Virus record (IMG/VR): IMGVR_UViG_3300011989_000010
Span: 23,880-87,879 of that record
Length of the DNA: 64,000 bases
DNA from: a virus
Lineage: Duplodnaviria; Caudoviricetes
Reading direction: 5' to 3' (one strand)
The notes beneath the pieces were generated by a model that did no database searches, was not told the origin of the DNA, and was given only the letters and a program-made list of their open reading frames with translations. The position numbers and the translations under genes are program-made. Positions 29,672 to 38,936 of the stretch are shown here, piece after piece. The first letter of the stretch is position 1. Every line of letters begins with the position of its first letter.

Positions 29672-30012
29672 TTAACCTCTTTAATTAAACCATAATTTAT
29701 CATTGTGTTAAGAACCATTCTCTGACCAAGCGACATTGGTGTAAGTGACGTATCAAGTTCTACATTATCCAACATACCAATAAAGGTCTTAACCAAATCG
29801 TATCTAATCGTCTCCTTTTCGGTAAAATCACTTCCTTTAACCTCGTGAATAACCCTACTTAGAAGAGTCTGTTTTCCTTCATCATTCAGTCCATAAGTCT
29901 CAGTGATTTCATTATCGTGAGTCTTTTCAGTTTTTGAATTCTCCTCAAAAACAAATTCCTTAATTTCGTTAAGGTCAAGAACTAAATTCTCATTAAGTTT
30001 TCCGTCTTCCAT
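29668..30012 (-). CDS. Hypothetical protein
   Basis: 114-aa ORF overlapping the next gene by 4 nt. Confidence 0.7.
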   Translation of the reverse strand: MEDGKLNENLVLDLNEIKEFVFEENSKTEKTHDNEITETYGLNDEGKQTLLSRVIHEVKGSDFTEKETIRYDLVKTFIGMLDNVELDTSLTPMSLGQRMVLNTMINYGLIKEVK

Positions 30013-30015
30013 AAT

Positions 30016-30627
30016 TTACTTTTTAAACTCAATTAATTTATCAAGGAATTTGTCATCTTCGATAACGTCTTCCATAGTCGCATAAGCAAACTTGTCATCA
30101 TCGTCTGCCTCGTTATTACCATTACTTAAAATCTTAACAGTTAACTTATCATTTTCTTTTGCCCAAGTTAAAGATTTCTCATCAGAAGAAATAATTACAT
30201 CGCACTTGTCCTTAAGTTCGTCAATAGCTTTTGGAAAAATTACTTCTCTTACTCTTGTGCCTAACTTACTTAAGAAGAAATAGGATGATTGAATAGTTAA
30301 AGCCTCTTCACCTAAACTATAATAAATCACTCTAAACTCTTCATCTTCCCTATTGGTCATTTCTTCCATCCAAGAGGTAATGTCTCTTGGCAGGTTTTTA
30401 TCCATAGCCTTTGCACAACCAAAAATCTCATATGGATAATCTATGTAAATAAATTCGTTACGTTCCCTTTTACTATCAAACTTGATGTACGTTTCAAGAA
30501 CATTCTCATGTTTTTCATCAATTTTATCAGTTTCCATCTCAGGATGATAATCTCTCTGATAGTACTTTAAGAGTTGTTTATTAACGTTTCGAATTACATG
30601 GTTTAATTCTATAGCTATTGTAATCAT
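30016..30627 (-). CDS. HAD/5'(3')-deoxyribonucleotidase-like protein with degenerate motif I
   Basis: ITIAIELNHVIRN in place of IxxDxDGV. YPYEIFG and downstream pattern resemble NT5C-like proteins. Confidence 0.5.
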   Translation of the reverse strand: MITIAIELNHVIRNVNKQLLKYYQRDYHPEMETDKIDEKHENVLETYIKFDSKRERNEFIYIDYPYEIFGCAKAMDKNLPRDITSWMEEMTNREDEEFRVIYYSLGEEALTIQSSYFFLSKLGTRVREVIFPKAIDELKDKCDVIISSDEKSLTWAKENDKLTVKILSNGNNEADDDDKFAYATMEDVIEDDKFLDKLIEFKK

Positions 30628-30657
30628 CGCATTAATTTAATTTCTGTACAAAATATA

Positions 30658-31680
30658 TTATTTTAGATTCGATAGTAAATACTTTTGTAGGCAATCTTTA
30701 CACATAGCCTTACCATAAGTGTATTTAGTTACATCAGCATCGTATGTATTAATCTCTTTGCCACAAATTTCACAATGTGCTACTCTAACTTGCCCACCAG
30801 AAATATCAATTGCAGTATTCTTTGCCTCATTTGTTTCATATTTTTTAGCCATCTTCTCATCGAAGAACTTAGCCTTTAAATCGTTTACATCATATATCTC
30901 CCACGTAAATGTTAGACGTATTTCAGCATTACTTTCTTCAACCTTGGTGAGTGAAGGAGAAATGAAACTATAAACCTTTAGGTCAGGTTCATCGTTTGTT
31001 GCTTTATAAGTTGTGAAATTTAGACTAATCATTGATGAAGCAATCTCATTATGCTTGTATACCTCATCAGCAATATGTTTGTCATTTATAAGTTGTGCAT
31101 TGTTATAAATCGCTAGCAACCTTTTAAGCTCATTGATAAATGGTGCTGACTTCTTTTCATAGCCATCAGGTATATTGCTAAAATGCAACGTAGTTGTTAC
31201 TTCTTTAGTTTCCTCATTTATGTCAACATCAATTTGGTTAGCGAATTGCTCCAACTTAAATTTAACCAATGGGTTATCATATGAAATCTGCAATGTGTAA
31301 ATTTCAGTACCATACTTGCCAACTCTTTTTAATTCTTCAAGCACATCTGAAGCAATCAATTTACATTCTTGTGAAAAATGTATTCGTTTAATATCAACAG
31401 GCTTAGCCTCTTTCTTAATTGCAGTTCCACCACCTAAATACTCATAGTTTTTAGCCTCATCATCGACCTTATAAGTTCTATACCTTAACTCCTTAACTGA
31501 TTGGGTTATTTCACCTTTTAGAAGGTGTTTTGCGACTCTTTCGTCTGATACTTCTTGATGTATACTCTGGCCCTCATCACCAATTGATTGACTTCCCATT
31601 ATTTCATTGTCAGCAGCCTTCATTCCAAAAGGTAGTGCGTATAATATTTTATAAGCCCATTTCTTAATTTTATTCGTCAT
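30658..31680 (-). CDS. Hypothetical protein with C-terminal CxxC...CxxC zinc finger
   Basis: 340 aa, CEICG...CKDC at the C-terminus. Confidence 0.7.
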   Translation of the reverse strand: MTNKIKKWAYKILYALPFGMKAADNEIMGSQSIGDEGQSIHQEVSDERVAKHLLKGEITQSVKELRYRTYKVDDEAKNYEYLGGGTAIKKEAKPVDIKRIHFSQECKLIASDVLEELKRVGKYGTEIYTLQISYDNPLVKFKLEQFANQIDVDINEETKEVTTTLHFSNIPDGYEKKSAPFINELKRLLAIYNNAQLINDKHIADEVYKHNEIASSMISLNFTTYKATNDEPDLKVYSFISPSLTKVEESNAEIRLTFTWEIYDVNDLKAKFFDEKMAKKYETNEAKNTAIDISGGQVRVAHCEICGKEINTYDADVTKYTYGKAMCKDCLQKYLLSNLK

Positions 31681-31918
31681 AAATTTCCATTAATTTTTCC
31701 TCAATTATTGACTTAACTGTGTTAAGCAGCTCAACGAACTTTCCACGTTTCTCATATGCCGCCTTAGTACCTGGTGGCATTCGTTGGAATGCAGGGTCAG
31801 CACTCATCGTAGCGTATGAGGTTAAAAGATTAGCATAATCTTCGCATACTAACTCAACCGCATTCCTTAGGTCAACTAAGCTATTTAAGCTTTTCTTTCT
31901 TAATTTTTCAACATTCAT
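31670..31918 (-). CDS. Hypothetical protein
   Basis: 82-aa ORF in the operon. Confidence 0.65.
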   Translation of the reverse strand: MNVEKLRKKSLNSLVDLRNAVELVCEDYANLLTSYATMSADPAFQRMPPGTKAAYEKRGKFVELLNTVKSIIEEKLMEIYDE

Positions 31919-31961
31919 AATTTAATTTTTTTTAGAATTATTAGCAAAAATTATACCAGTA

Positions 31962-32651
31962 TTATTTTTCTAAATCAATTGGATAGTAATCTTTATACTT
32001 CTCATTGATTTGGTTTCTATTCGTGTACCATTCAGGCTTCATTTCACCTACTGAATTGTGTGCTATTCTAATATTAGTTGTTACACCAATTTTAGTCTTT
32101 CCATCAATATAATTGGCAAGACAGAAATCAATGTCATAGAAATTAAAACCCTTAACTTCAGGGTCAAAGTTCTTTGATATTCTCTTTTTGTGTACTGCCA
32201 TAAAAAGACCGTCAATAACACAAACTTCCTGTAAATCGTGGTCTAATAACGGAGAGAATGCAGTAAGCCAAGACTTACCATCATGCCTATGTAAAACTTG
32301 ACCATACTTTTTATTGTATTGCCACCAAGCACCATTCTCATCAAATTGTGCAGAACCTGCAACGCCTATTATGCCATAATCCTTATGCTTATTGAAAAGC
32401 CTAAGTATTTCAGCACCCCATCCCTTCTTAAGAAATTCAATATCATCGTGTATGAAAATAATCACATTGCTATCAACCTTATCAGATTTAATCATATCTT
32501 CATAAATCTGAGTCAAACCAACACCATCTTGATTAATTAGGAAATATACATGTGCATTGCAACCACAAGTATCTTTGATATGCTGAATAAAATCTTTCTT
32601 CTGCTCGCTATTTTCTCTCGAGCAAACAACTACTGCTATACTATTGTCCAT
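31962..32651 (-). CDS. Glycosyltransferase-like protein (GT-A fold)
   Basis: IAVVVCS, IIFIHDDIEF, IIGVAGS, VCVIDGLFMA, FNFYDIDFCL. Confidence 0.85.
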   Translation of the reverse strand: MDNSIAVVVCSRENSEQKKDFIQHIKDTCGCNAHVYFLINQDGVGLTQIYEDMIKSDKVDSNVIIFIHDDIEFLKKGWGAEILRLFNKHKDYGIIGVAGSAQFDENGAWWQYNKKYGQVLHRHDGKSWLTAFSPLLDHDLQEVCVIDGLFMAVHKKRISKNFDPEVKGFNFYDIDFCLANYIDGKTKIGVTTNIRIAHNSVGEMKPEWYTNRNQINEKYKDYYPIDLEK

Positions 32652-32779
32652 TTATTTTTTTTATTCTAAAAAATAAAAAAAAATGTGACTAAATCAACAA
32701 AGACTTAGCCACATTCCAAAGAGATTTATATTTTATATATGCAAATAATAATTCCTTATTTTTTTAATTTCTTGATACT

Positions 32780-33910
32780 TCATTTATTCACTGACATATA
32801 AGTATTATTTGAAATCACTATAGTATCAGTATTAGTTATGAAATCATTCAACGTTTTGGCATTTGTATAAGACATTGCTGAACGAAGGTAATCAGTAAAA
32901 TTATCTACCCATTGTTTAAGAGTGTATTTTACCTCAACAATCTTTTCAATACCCTCACTTGTTCGTATTTTCTGACCGTGCATCAATTCTTGTGCTTTCT
33001 TGGAAGCCATACCAAAAAACGACTTCTTCAATGTTTTTATAAAAGTAAATGCCTCTTTTGATAGTACGTCAGAAACAAGCCAACCGCCATCATCTTCTTC
33101 AATGTGGTGGTGTGTTAGATAAATTCGTTCCCCATCAGAAGTCTCAAAGAACGTCTTAGCAGCGCTTTCTACCATTCGAGTGAACAATCCTCCAATCATA
33201 ACGTAATCAGCGCCAAGAGCCAATGCTTTTATGGCATCTGAGTAATTTCTAATACCACCATCAGCGATGATTTTTGGCAGTGATTTGTATGTACCATTTT
33301 TAACAACACCCCTCATTATTCCAACATATTTTTTCTGCTCACTTGTCTCGTCAATCAAGGAAGCCATTGGATAATGCACACCTAAATTTGATGATGTAAT
33401 ACAACCTTCACCACTACCAATTCCACAACGTATATAATCTACACCAACTTTAGCCATCTCTAAGTATGTTGAAGGATTGGCAATGTTCCCTACCATAATC
33501 TCGGTTTGAATATCTTTATACTTTTCCTTAAAATCCTTAACCAAAGATAGCATCTTTGCCATATGGCCATTTGCGATGTCAATAAGCGCTTTTATTTTCT
33601 GACCACTTACAGTCTTTTCAATAAAGACTTCTTCAAATTCCTTCAACCCAAATGCAGCCCATTTACCATTTACTGCATATGAAACTCGTGTGTTTAGGTT
33701 TACCGTTCTTGGAAGAATGGCATTGATACCATTCTCCTCGAACAAATTAAAGTTGGATTCGTCTACAACGCTACTCATTGGTGCAGTGAATAAAGGTAAT
33801 TTACCATCAATAAAAGGGTCACAATCCTTTCGATGCTCAATGTCAGAAGTGATTGTAGGTACAATACCAATATCATGATATGAATATTTAATTTCTTTTC
33901 GTAGCGCCAT
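32780..33910 (-). CDS. IMP dehydrogenase / GMP reductase family enzyme
   Basis: LFTAPMSSV, IDIANGH, catalytic loop GIGSGEGCITS, IIADGGIR, ALALGADYVMIG, FFGMAS, LRSAMSY. No CBS domains. Confidence 0.92.
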   Translation of the reverse strand: MALRKEIKYSYHDIGIVPTITSDIEHRKDCDPFIDGKLPLFTAPMSSVVDESNFNLFEENGINAILPRTVNLNTRVSYAVNGKWAAFGLKEFEEVFIEKTVSGQKIKALIDIANGHMAKMLSLVKDFKEKYKDIQTEIMVGNIANPSTYLEMAKVGVDYIRCGIGSGEGCITSSNLGVHYPMASLIDETSEQKKYVGIMRGVVKNGTYKSLPKIIADGGIRNYSDAIKALALGADYVMIGGLFTRMVESAAKTFFETSDGERIYLTHHHIEEDDGGWLVSDVLSKEAFTFIKTLKKSFFGMASKKAQELMHGQKIRTSEGIEKIVEVKYTLKQWVDNFTDYLRSAMSYTNAKTLNDFITNTDTIVISNNTYMSVNK

Positions 33911-34421
33911 AAATTTTCTTGTTTTTATTAATTAGCCAACCGACTTGCGCAGGCTTATCGTTAATCTTTTTAATGTTTAATACTGAGAAAATGCAGTTAA
34001 AACCCTCTGAATGTTCGTCAAGATTTGTTATTTTAAAAGGTGATACGATTGAAGCACTAAAGTCCAAATCCTTACCAAAAATCTGACAAGTAACTTTATC
34101 TCCATCCTTTAAAGTGTTTGAATCTAAAATAACATTATGGTCTACAAAATATCTCCATTTTCGACATACACTTTTAAATTTAGGATAGCGCTTATAAAAT
34201 TGAGAAGCAGACCAAGTAAATCCCATAAGTGGGGCTATGCAGTCACGATAACCAAAATTCTTAATCTTTTCATTAAGGACTTTTTTTGGCGTTGTTGTAT
34301 TTCTTCTCGTCATTTTGTAATAGCTATTTATGACTTCGCATTCATGGCTAATTGCATTAACGATCTCATCATACACATTTTCCTCTTTACAAAATCTATA
34401 GAATATTTGTTCTAATGTCAT
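33888..34421 (-). CDS. Hypothetical protein
   Basis: Likely start MTLEQIF at 34421, just after the dUTPase stop. Confidence 0.65.
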   Translation of the reverse strand: MTLEQIFYRFCKEENVYDEIVNAISHECEVINSYYKMTRRNTTTPKKVLNEKIKNFGYRDCIAPLMGFTWSASQFYKRYPKFKSVCRKWRYFVDHNVILDSNTLKDGDKVTCQIFGKDLDFSASIVSPFKITNLDEHSEGFNCIFSVLNIKKINDKPAQVGWLINKNKKIYGATKRN

Positions 34422-34425
34422 GTTT

Positions 34426-35058
34426 TTATTTTTTGTCCGTTGAACCGAAAGCACCAGTTCCACGAGATGTTTCACTTAATTCAGTTACTATTTGAATATT
34501 AACATCAGGATAAGGAAGCACTAACATCTGGCCAATCTTCTTACCAACCTCATAAGGCGCAAATTCAAGGTTTCGTGTCATTTCGATAACTCGCTCCTTT
34601 GTTTCCTCGTAATTCTTCATAGCTTTATTCATAACCTTTTTGATTCTGAATAAATTGAATGGATTTTTAAGACTTTTGAGCATTGAGTTAATATAAGCCT
34701 TCATTCCAATTGTTTCTGCACGTTGGTAAGTTGATGTACGTGACTTGAAACACCATATAAGTTCACCACGATAAATTGTTGTATCAATAAGACCAACTGA
34801 ATTAGCTAAATAGCAATCAGTCTTTCTGTTTGAAGACCTTGGGAACAAGAAAGTGCCGAATCCCTTGGCAGTTTCCATTGCTAAACCAGTGTGATAAATG
34901 TAGCAATCCTTCTTCTCATCCCACTCTGCTGAAATTGCAGTCATATCCATTCCAATGTCACCCTGGTTATTACCATTATCGTCTACGTGAGCATAAGTTG
35001 GTATAACTGCCCTATCGTCTAATTTCTTAAGTTTTAATGTTACTTCTTTTCTACTCAT
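34426..35058 (-). CDS. dut: Trimeric dUTPase with a helical insertion
   Basis: DIGMDM, FPRSS, GLIDTTIYRGE, IGQM, and C-terminal RGTGAFGST. Confidence 0.92.
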   Translation of the reverse strand: MSRKEVTLKLKKLDDRAVIPTYAHVDDNGNNQGDIGMDMTAISAEWDEKKDCYIYHTGLAMETAKGFGTFLFPRSSNRKTDCYLANSVGLIDTTIYRGELIWCFKSRTSTYQRAETIGMKAYINSMLKSLKNPFNLFRIKKVMNKAMKNYEETKERVIEMTRNLEFAPYEVGKKIGQMLVLPYPDVNIQIVTELSETSRGTGAFGSTDKK

Positions 35059-35065
35059 ATGTCAA

Positions 35066-35635
35066 TTATGCTTTCTTTGTATTAATATCCTGCAAATATG
35101 TCATCTCGCTTGCTTGTCTTACGATTGAAGCCAAAAGACTTGAATGCCAACGTGCTTGGTTATCACTCAAATCTCTATCATTAACAGTCATTGCCTCAGC
35201 CTCTTCAGGGGTGAAATTAATTCCAAAACTCTGAGCAAGAACCAATGAATGTAAACCAGTTCTAATTGAAGGTTGATTTGGTGTATATTTGTAAATAATT
35301 CCCCTATTTTTAACCTCATACTCATTGTCATTTGGAATGATTCGTACTGCCTTTGCAATCTGATGGAGAAGACAAATCTTCACAAGTGTATTTTGATTAA
35401 CTCTAATATCCTCAGGGAATAGATTATTCAATTTGACTGCATAAGGTGTCAAAACCTTGAGTATTGTTTCAATTAAAGTACCGTCTCCACAAAGACCACT
35501 TTCACTGTTGAGTGAAAAAGTACCATTCTTGAGTTTTTCACCAATCCCTTCAACCAAAGCATTTGTTTCAATTCCTAACTGATTCAATTTCTTGATAAAC
35601 AAATCAAAATTGTGTTGTTTTAGTTCTGTTGTCAT
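35066..35635 (-). CDS. HD-domain-like protein with degenerate metal motif
   Basis: KICLLHQIAKA where LLHDIGK is expected. GLHSLVLAQ and EAEAM resemble phage HD proteins. Confidence 0.5.
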   Translation of the reverse strand: MTTELKQHNFDLFIKKLNQLGIETNALVEGIGEKLKNGTFSLNSESGLCGDGTLIETILKVLTPYAVKLNNLFPEDIRVNQNTLVKICLLHQIAKAVRIIPNDNEYEVKNRGIIYKYTPNQPSIRTGLHSLVLAQSFGINFTPEEAEAMTVNDRDLSDNQARWHSSLLASIVRQASEMTYLQDINTKKA

Positions 35636-35678
35636 AACTAATTAATTAAAAAAGAAAATATTGTTTTTTGATACGTTA

Positions 35679-35710
35679 CAAATATACACAAAATAGTTAA
35701 GAAAAACAAA
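35679..35710 (-). promoter_or_regulatory. Bacteroidota primary-sigma promoter driving the nucleotide-metabolism/GT operon
   Basis: Minus strand TTTG (35707-35710), 20-nt spacer, TATATTTG (35679-35686). Confidence 0.8.
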
Positions 35711-35850
35711 AAAATCTTAAATAATATTTTTTTCTTTTAATATTTTCTTTTTTTATATAATATATAATATAATAACTAGAATAATATAATATTAATTAAA
35801 TTATATATGTTATAAAATATATTTATTATTATATATAATATTATATTAAC

Positions 35851-36090
35851 ATGAAGAAAAAATTATATAAAATAATATCCGAGGAAATTGAAAAACTTGC
35901 CAAGCAAGGAAATCACGAACCATTTGAAAATCCAAATGTGACTGCATCACGTCAATATAGAAATAATGCTACGCCTAAGGAATTCTTCAACGATGTTGTT
36001 GATTCCAATGAAAGCGAAGAGAGAATAAGTGAGGAATATTTACATGGAATTATTGAAAATATTGTAAAAAAAATTCTTAAAAATTATTAA
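35851..36090 (+). CDS. Small protein with IISE/IIE motifs
   Basis: 79 aa, TATTTAT at 35820-35826, hairpin terminator at 36098-36125. Confidence 0.65.
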   Translation: MKKKLYKIISEEIEKLAKQGNHEPFENPNVTASRQYRNNATPKEFFNDVVDSNESEERISEEYLHGIIENIVKKILKNY

Positions 36091-36170
36091 TAGTAAAAAG
36101 GGATATGTTTTTTGACATATCCCTTAATTTTAGCTAAAAAAGTAAATAAAATATTTAAATTACGCTCAGA

Positions 36171-37400
36171 TTACTTCTTTGAATTTTCAACAATCTTTTT
36201 ATATGCTTCAACTCTCTGCTTACAAATAGTTTCAAGTGAATACTTATCCTTAACTGACTCATAAAGGTTGTCTTGAAGCATTTTAACATACTCTGGATGT
36301 TCAGCTAAGAAATTAATATCCTTAACCCAATCCTTGTGATTTTTACGTGAGTCAACAAGCAATGCAGTACCCTTTTCATTGATTTTTCCACCACGCTCTT
36401 TAAGCGGAACTAAATCAAGTGTATAAGCACCAAAGTTTTGCGCAATAATGGCAGTGTGTGTAAAACCTGCTTCAATCTCTTTAAGTTGAGACTTCATCTT
36501 GTTGAACTCGTTTTCCTTCAACGGTGCAAGCAAAACATCAACATTTTCATAGTGTGTAGCATAGTTATTGATGTTACGTGTCCACATTCTACGATAAGGC
36601 TCGTCAACGAATGGGTCGTCAACACCTGATATAAATTTCATCAAGAAATCCTTATGCTCCTTTGAGATGTATTTATAGTTATTTGTAATAATTTTTTCAT
36701 ATTCGAACCAAACTGATTCTTGTGGCAAAATAGGTCTTCTTTCAACCTGACCTGTATCATTGTGATAGATTGTTCGAGTGCCATTAGTGTCAAAGCCACA
36801 TAGCACTAACTGAACATTAGTATCAGGTCTTGCAGTTTCGGAAATACCATTAAGCAACTCAATATCGTGCAGGTGTGAAGAACCGCAAATCAATCCAACA
36901 CGTAGCTTGTTTGATTTAGTCTTAGGGACAGTATACTGCTTCTCAGAAGGGTCAATAGCATTAGGGAAAATCAAAACATTCTTGTTATGCTTTTTAATCT
37001 CCTTAGCGAAAATAGGCGTAGTGGTAGATACATAATCGGCCATTTTCAAATGATTGATAATAGGCTCGTGCCACTTTTCCTTCTTTGCTGAAATGCTCAT
37101 TGGATGGTCATTACCAAGATAATAATGATCATCAACGTCTACAATAACAGGAATGCCTAAGAATTTAATAAGATTCATCAATTGCAATCCTTTATCCAAT
37201 TGCTTATGAATGTGAATCAAATCATATTGCTTGAAGAATGACTCCAAATTATCCATAGGAAGGTCATTCATATACATAATATCAACATCAAACTCATCCT
37301 TATAATGCTCTGCAATATAAACATGAGGATCAACTGAGCGGAACTTACCCACACCTGTACGGTCAGATGGGATAACTAACATTTTAATCTTTTTATCCAT
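36171..37400 (-). CDS. Glycosyltransferase family 4 (GT-B)
   Basis: VIVDVDDHY, IFPNAID, DVLLAPL...FNKMKSQLKEIEAG, DWVKDINFL. Confidence 0.88.
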   Translation of the reverse strand: MDKKIKMLVIPSDRTGVGKFRSVDPHVYIAEHYKDEFDVDIMYMNDLPMDNLESFFKQYDLIHIHKQLDKGLQLMNLIKFLGIPVIVDVDDHYYLGNDHPMSISAKKEKWHEPIINHLKMADYVSTTTPIFAKEIKKHNKNVLIFPNAIDPSEKQYTVPKTKSNKLRVGLICGSSHLHDIELLNGISETARPDTNVQLVLCGFDTNGTRTIYHNDTGQVERRPILPQESVWFEYEKIITNNYKYISKEHKDFLMKFISGVDDPFVDEPYRRMWTRNINNYATHYENVDVLLAPLKENEFNKMKSQLKEIEAGFTHTAIIAQNFGAYTLDLVPLKERGGKINEKGTALLVDSRKNHKDWVKDINFLAEHPEYVKMLQDNLYESVKDKYSLETICKQRVEAYKKIVENSKK

Positions 37401-37477
37401 TTATTTTAACCTTTGTTTAAAAAATAAAAGTAAAAATGCTTTAATCAAGATATTTATTTATAAAATAAACGTTTATT

Positions 37478-38059
37478 ATGAAAAATTTAAACAAGATTAT
37501 AACCGAATCAATTCACGAGACAGTTAATCAAATCATTCAAGAAGATATTGATAGGCAAAACCGCCTTTGTGAGCAAGTAATGATTAACGAGGGTATTTGG
37601 AGTGGACTTAAGACAATGTGGAATGGTGCTAAAGCATTGGGTGGACAGCTAAGAAATGCAGGTGCTTATGCTAAACAGGTCACCAATTTTCAGTCACAGT
37701 TGCAGAAGGTTAACAATGCAAATCAAGTAATCCAAGATATGGCTAATCAAGGTGTAATCAATGCTAGTACTTTAAAGTATTGGAATGAACAATTAGCCAA
37801 GTATACACAATACTTGCAGAATAATATTAATGCTGCTTATAATGGTGGCGCTGATTATAGAAATACACAAGCTGCATCTTATCAACAAGTTCAGCAAGCA
37901 AATGCAATCCCTAATCAGATTAAGCAGTTGCAGACGTGGCTTGCTTCAGCACAAAAGAAGGGTGATGCTAATAAGGTAGCAAAATATATGCAACAAATTC
38001 AAAACTTACAGAATCAGCAAAAACAATTGTTAGGTAGACAACAAATTCAAAATAGTTAA
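37478..38059 (+). CDS. Gln-rich protein with IITE/IIQE/MINE leader (candidate internal head protein)
   Basis: 193 aa, TATTTAT at 37451-37457, terminator at 38067-38104. Confidence 0.7.
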   Translation: MKNLNKIITESIHETVNQIIQEDIDRQNRLCEQVMINEGIWSGLKTMWNGAKALGGQLRNAGAYAKQVTNFQSQLQKVNNANQVIQDMANQGVINASTLKYWNEQLAKYTQYLQNNINAAYNGGADYRNTQAASYQQVQQANAIPNQIKQLQTWLASAQKKGDANKVAKYMQQIQNLQNQQKQLLGRQQIQNS

Positions 38060-38156
38060 AACAATAAAGCGAGATTCAACTAAGAATCTCGCTTATTTTT
38101 TTTTGCCTTTCCGAAAATAAGAAAGGACTTACTTTTATAGTATGCAATGCAATGCC

Positions 38157-38936
38157 TTACTTTTTGTCTTTGATGTTGCCTTTATAGACTAACTTAGCCT
38201 CATAAATATCACCATTTTCAGAAATGAAACTGAATTTGTTTCCAATTTTCATTGCCTTCAACTCGCTTATATTTCCCTTAGCCGTTGATTTATTTTCGCT
38301 AATTATTCTCTTATTAAGAGCGTTTGCATATTTCTTCACCGCACTCTCAATAATCGTCTTTATAAGACCATAATCAACTCCATTTGTTGTTTGTTCATTA
38401 ATAACGTTCTGAGTAGGCAAATTGTTAGAATTTTTCATAATCTGCTTAACCTCTTGAACTTCGTCATTTGATGCATCAATAGTGTCGTTACTAATTGGAT
38501 TTTGCTTAAATGCCTCAACAATTTCTTTAGGTAAGAATTTAGCTGCACGAGGTGCTTCCTCTTGTATCAATCTATTTTGATTAACTAAGCCTAAACCACC
38601 TGACATTTGTTGCTGATTTACCCCTTGTTGTAATTTAGCCATTCTCTGCTCAAGCATTTGGTCGTATTGAACACCTGCTTGGCCAACCTCCTCATTTACA
38701 GCACTTCTATTTGATGAAGTTGAATAACTATCCTCCATCATATCAAAAGCATCGCCTGCAAGAGATTTGGAATTCTTTAAGAAGTTACCTCTATCCCTTT
38801 GTCTCTCAGCAATTATATGTGAATCTTGTAATGCATCCTGATGTATCAACTTTCGTGCTTTGCTATTTCTTGCATTTTGTTTAATAGTTTCAAAAGCTGA
38901 ACTATCTAAAGCGGTAATTGTATCTGCTCCTGCCAT
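38157..38936 (-). CDS. Hypothetical protein
   Basis: 259 aa, contains LIKTIIESAVKK and IISE motifs. Confidence 0.7.
   Translation of the reverse strand: MAGADTITALDSSAFETIKQNARNSKARKLIHQDALQDSHIIAERQRDRGNFLKNSKSLAGDAFDMMEDSYSTSSNRSAVNEEVGQAGVQYDQMLEQRMAKLQQGVNQQQMSGGLGLVNQNRLIQEEAPRAAKFLPKEIVEAFKQNPISNDTIDASNDEVQEVKQIMKNSNNLPTQNVINEQTTNGVDYGLIKTIIESAVKKYANALNKRIISENKSTAKGNISELKAMKIGNKFSFISENGDIYEAKLVYKGNIKDKK

Noticed and set aside
32780-35635. 2-aminoadenine (Z-genome) or deazaguanine pathway
   Set aside because: HD-like and dUTPase genes are present, but there is no PurZ, Que or Dpd homologue in the window. The dUTPase has canonical motifs and the HD motif is degenerate.
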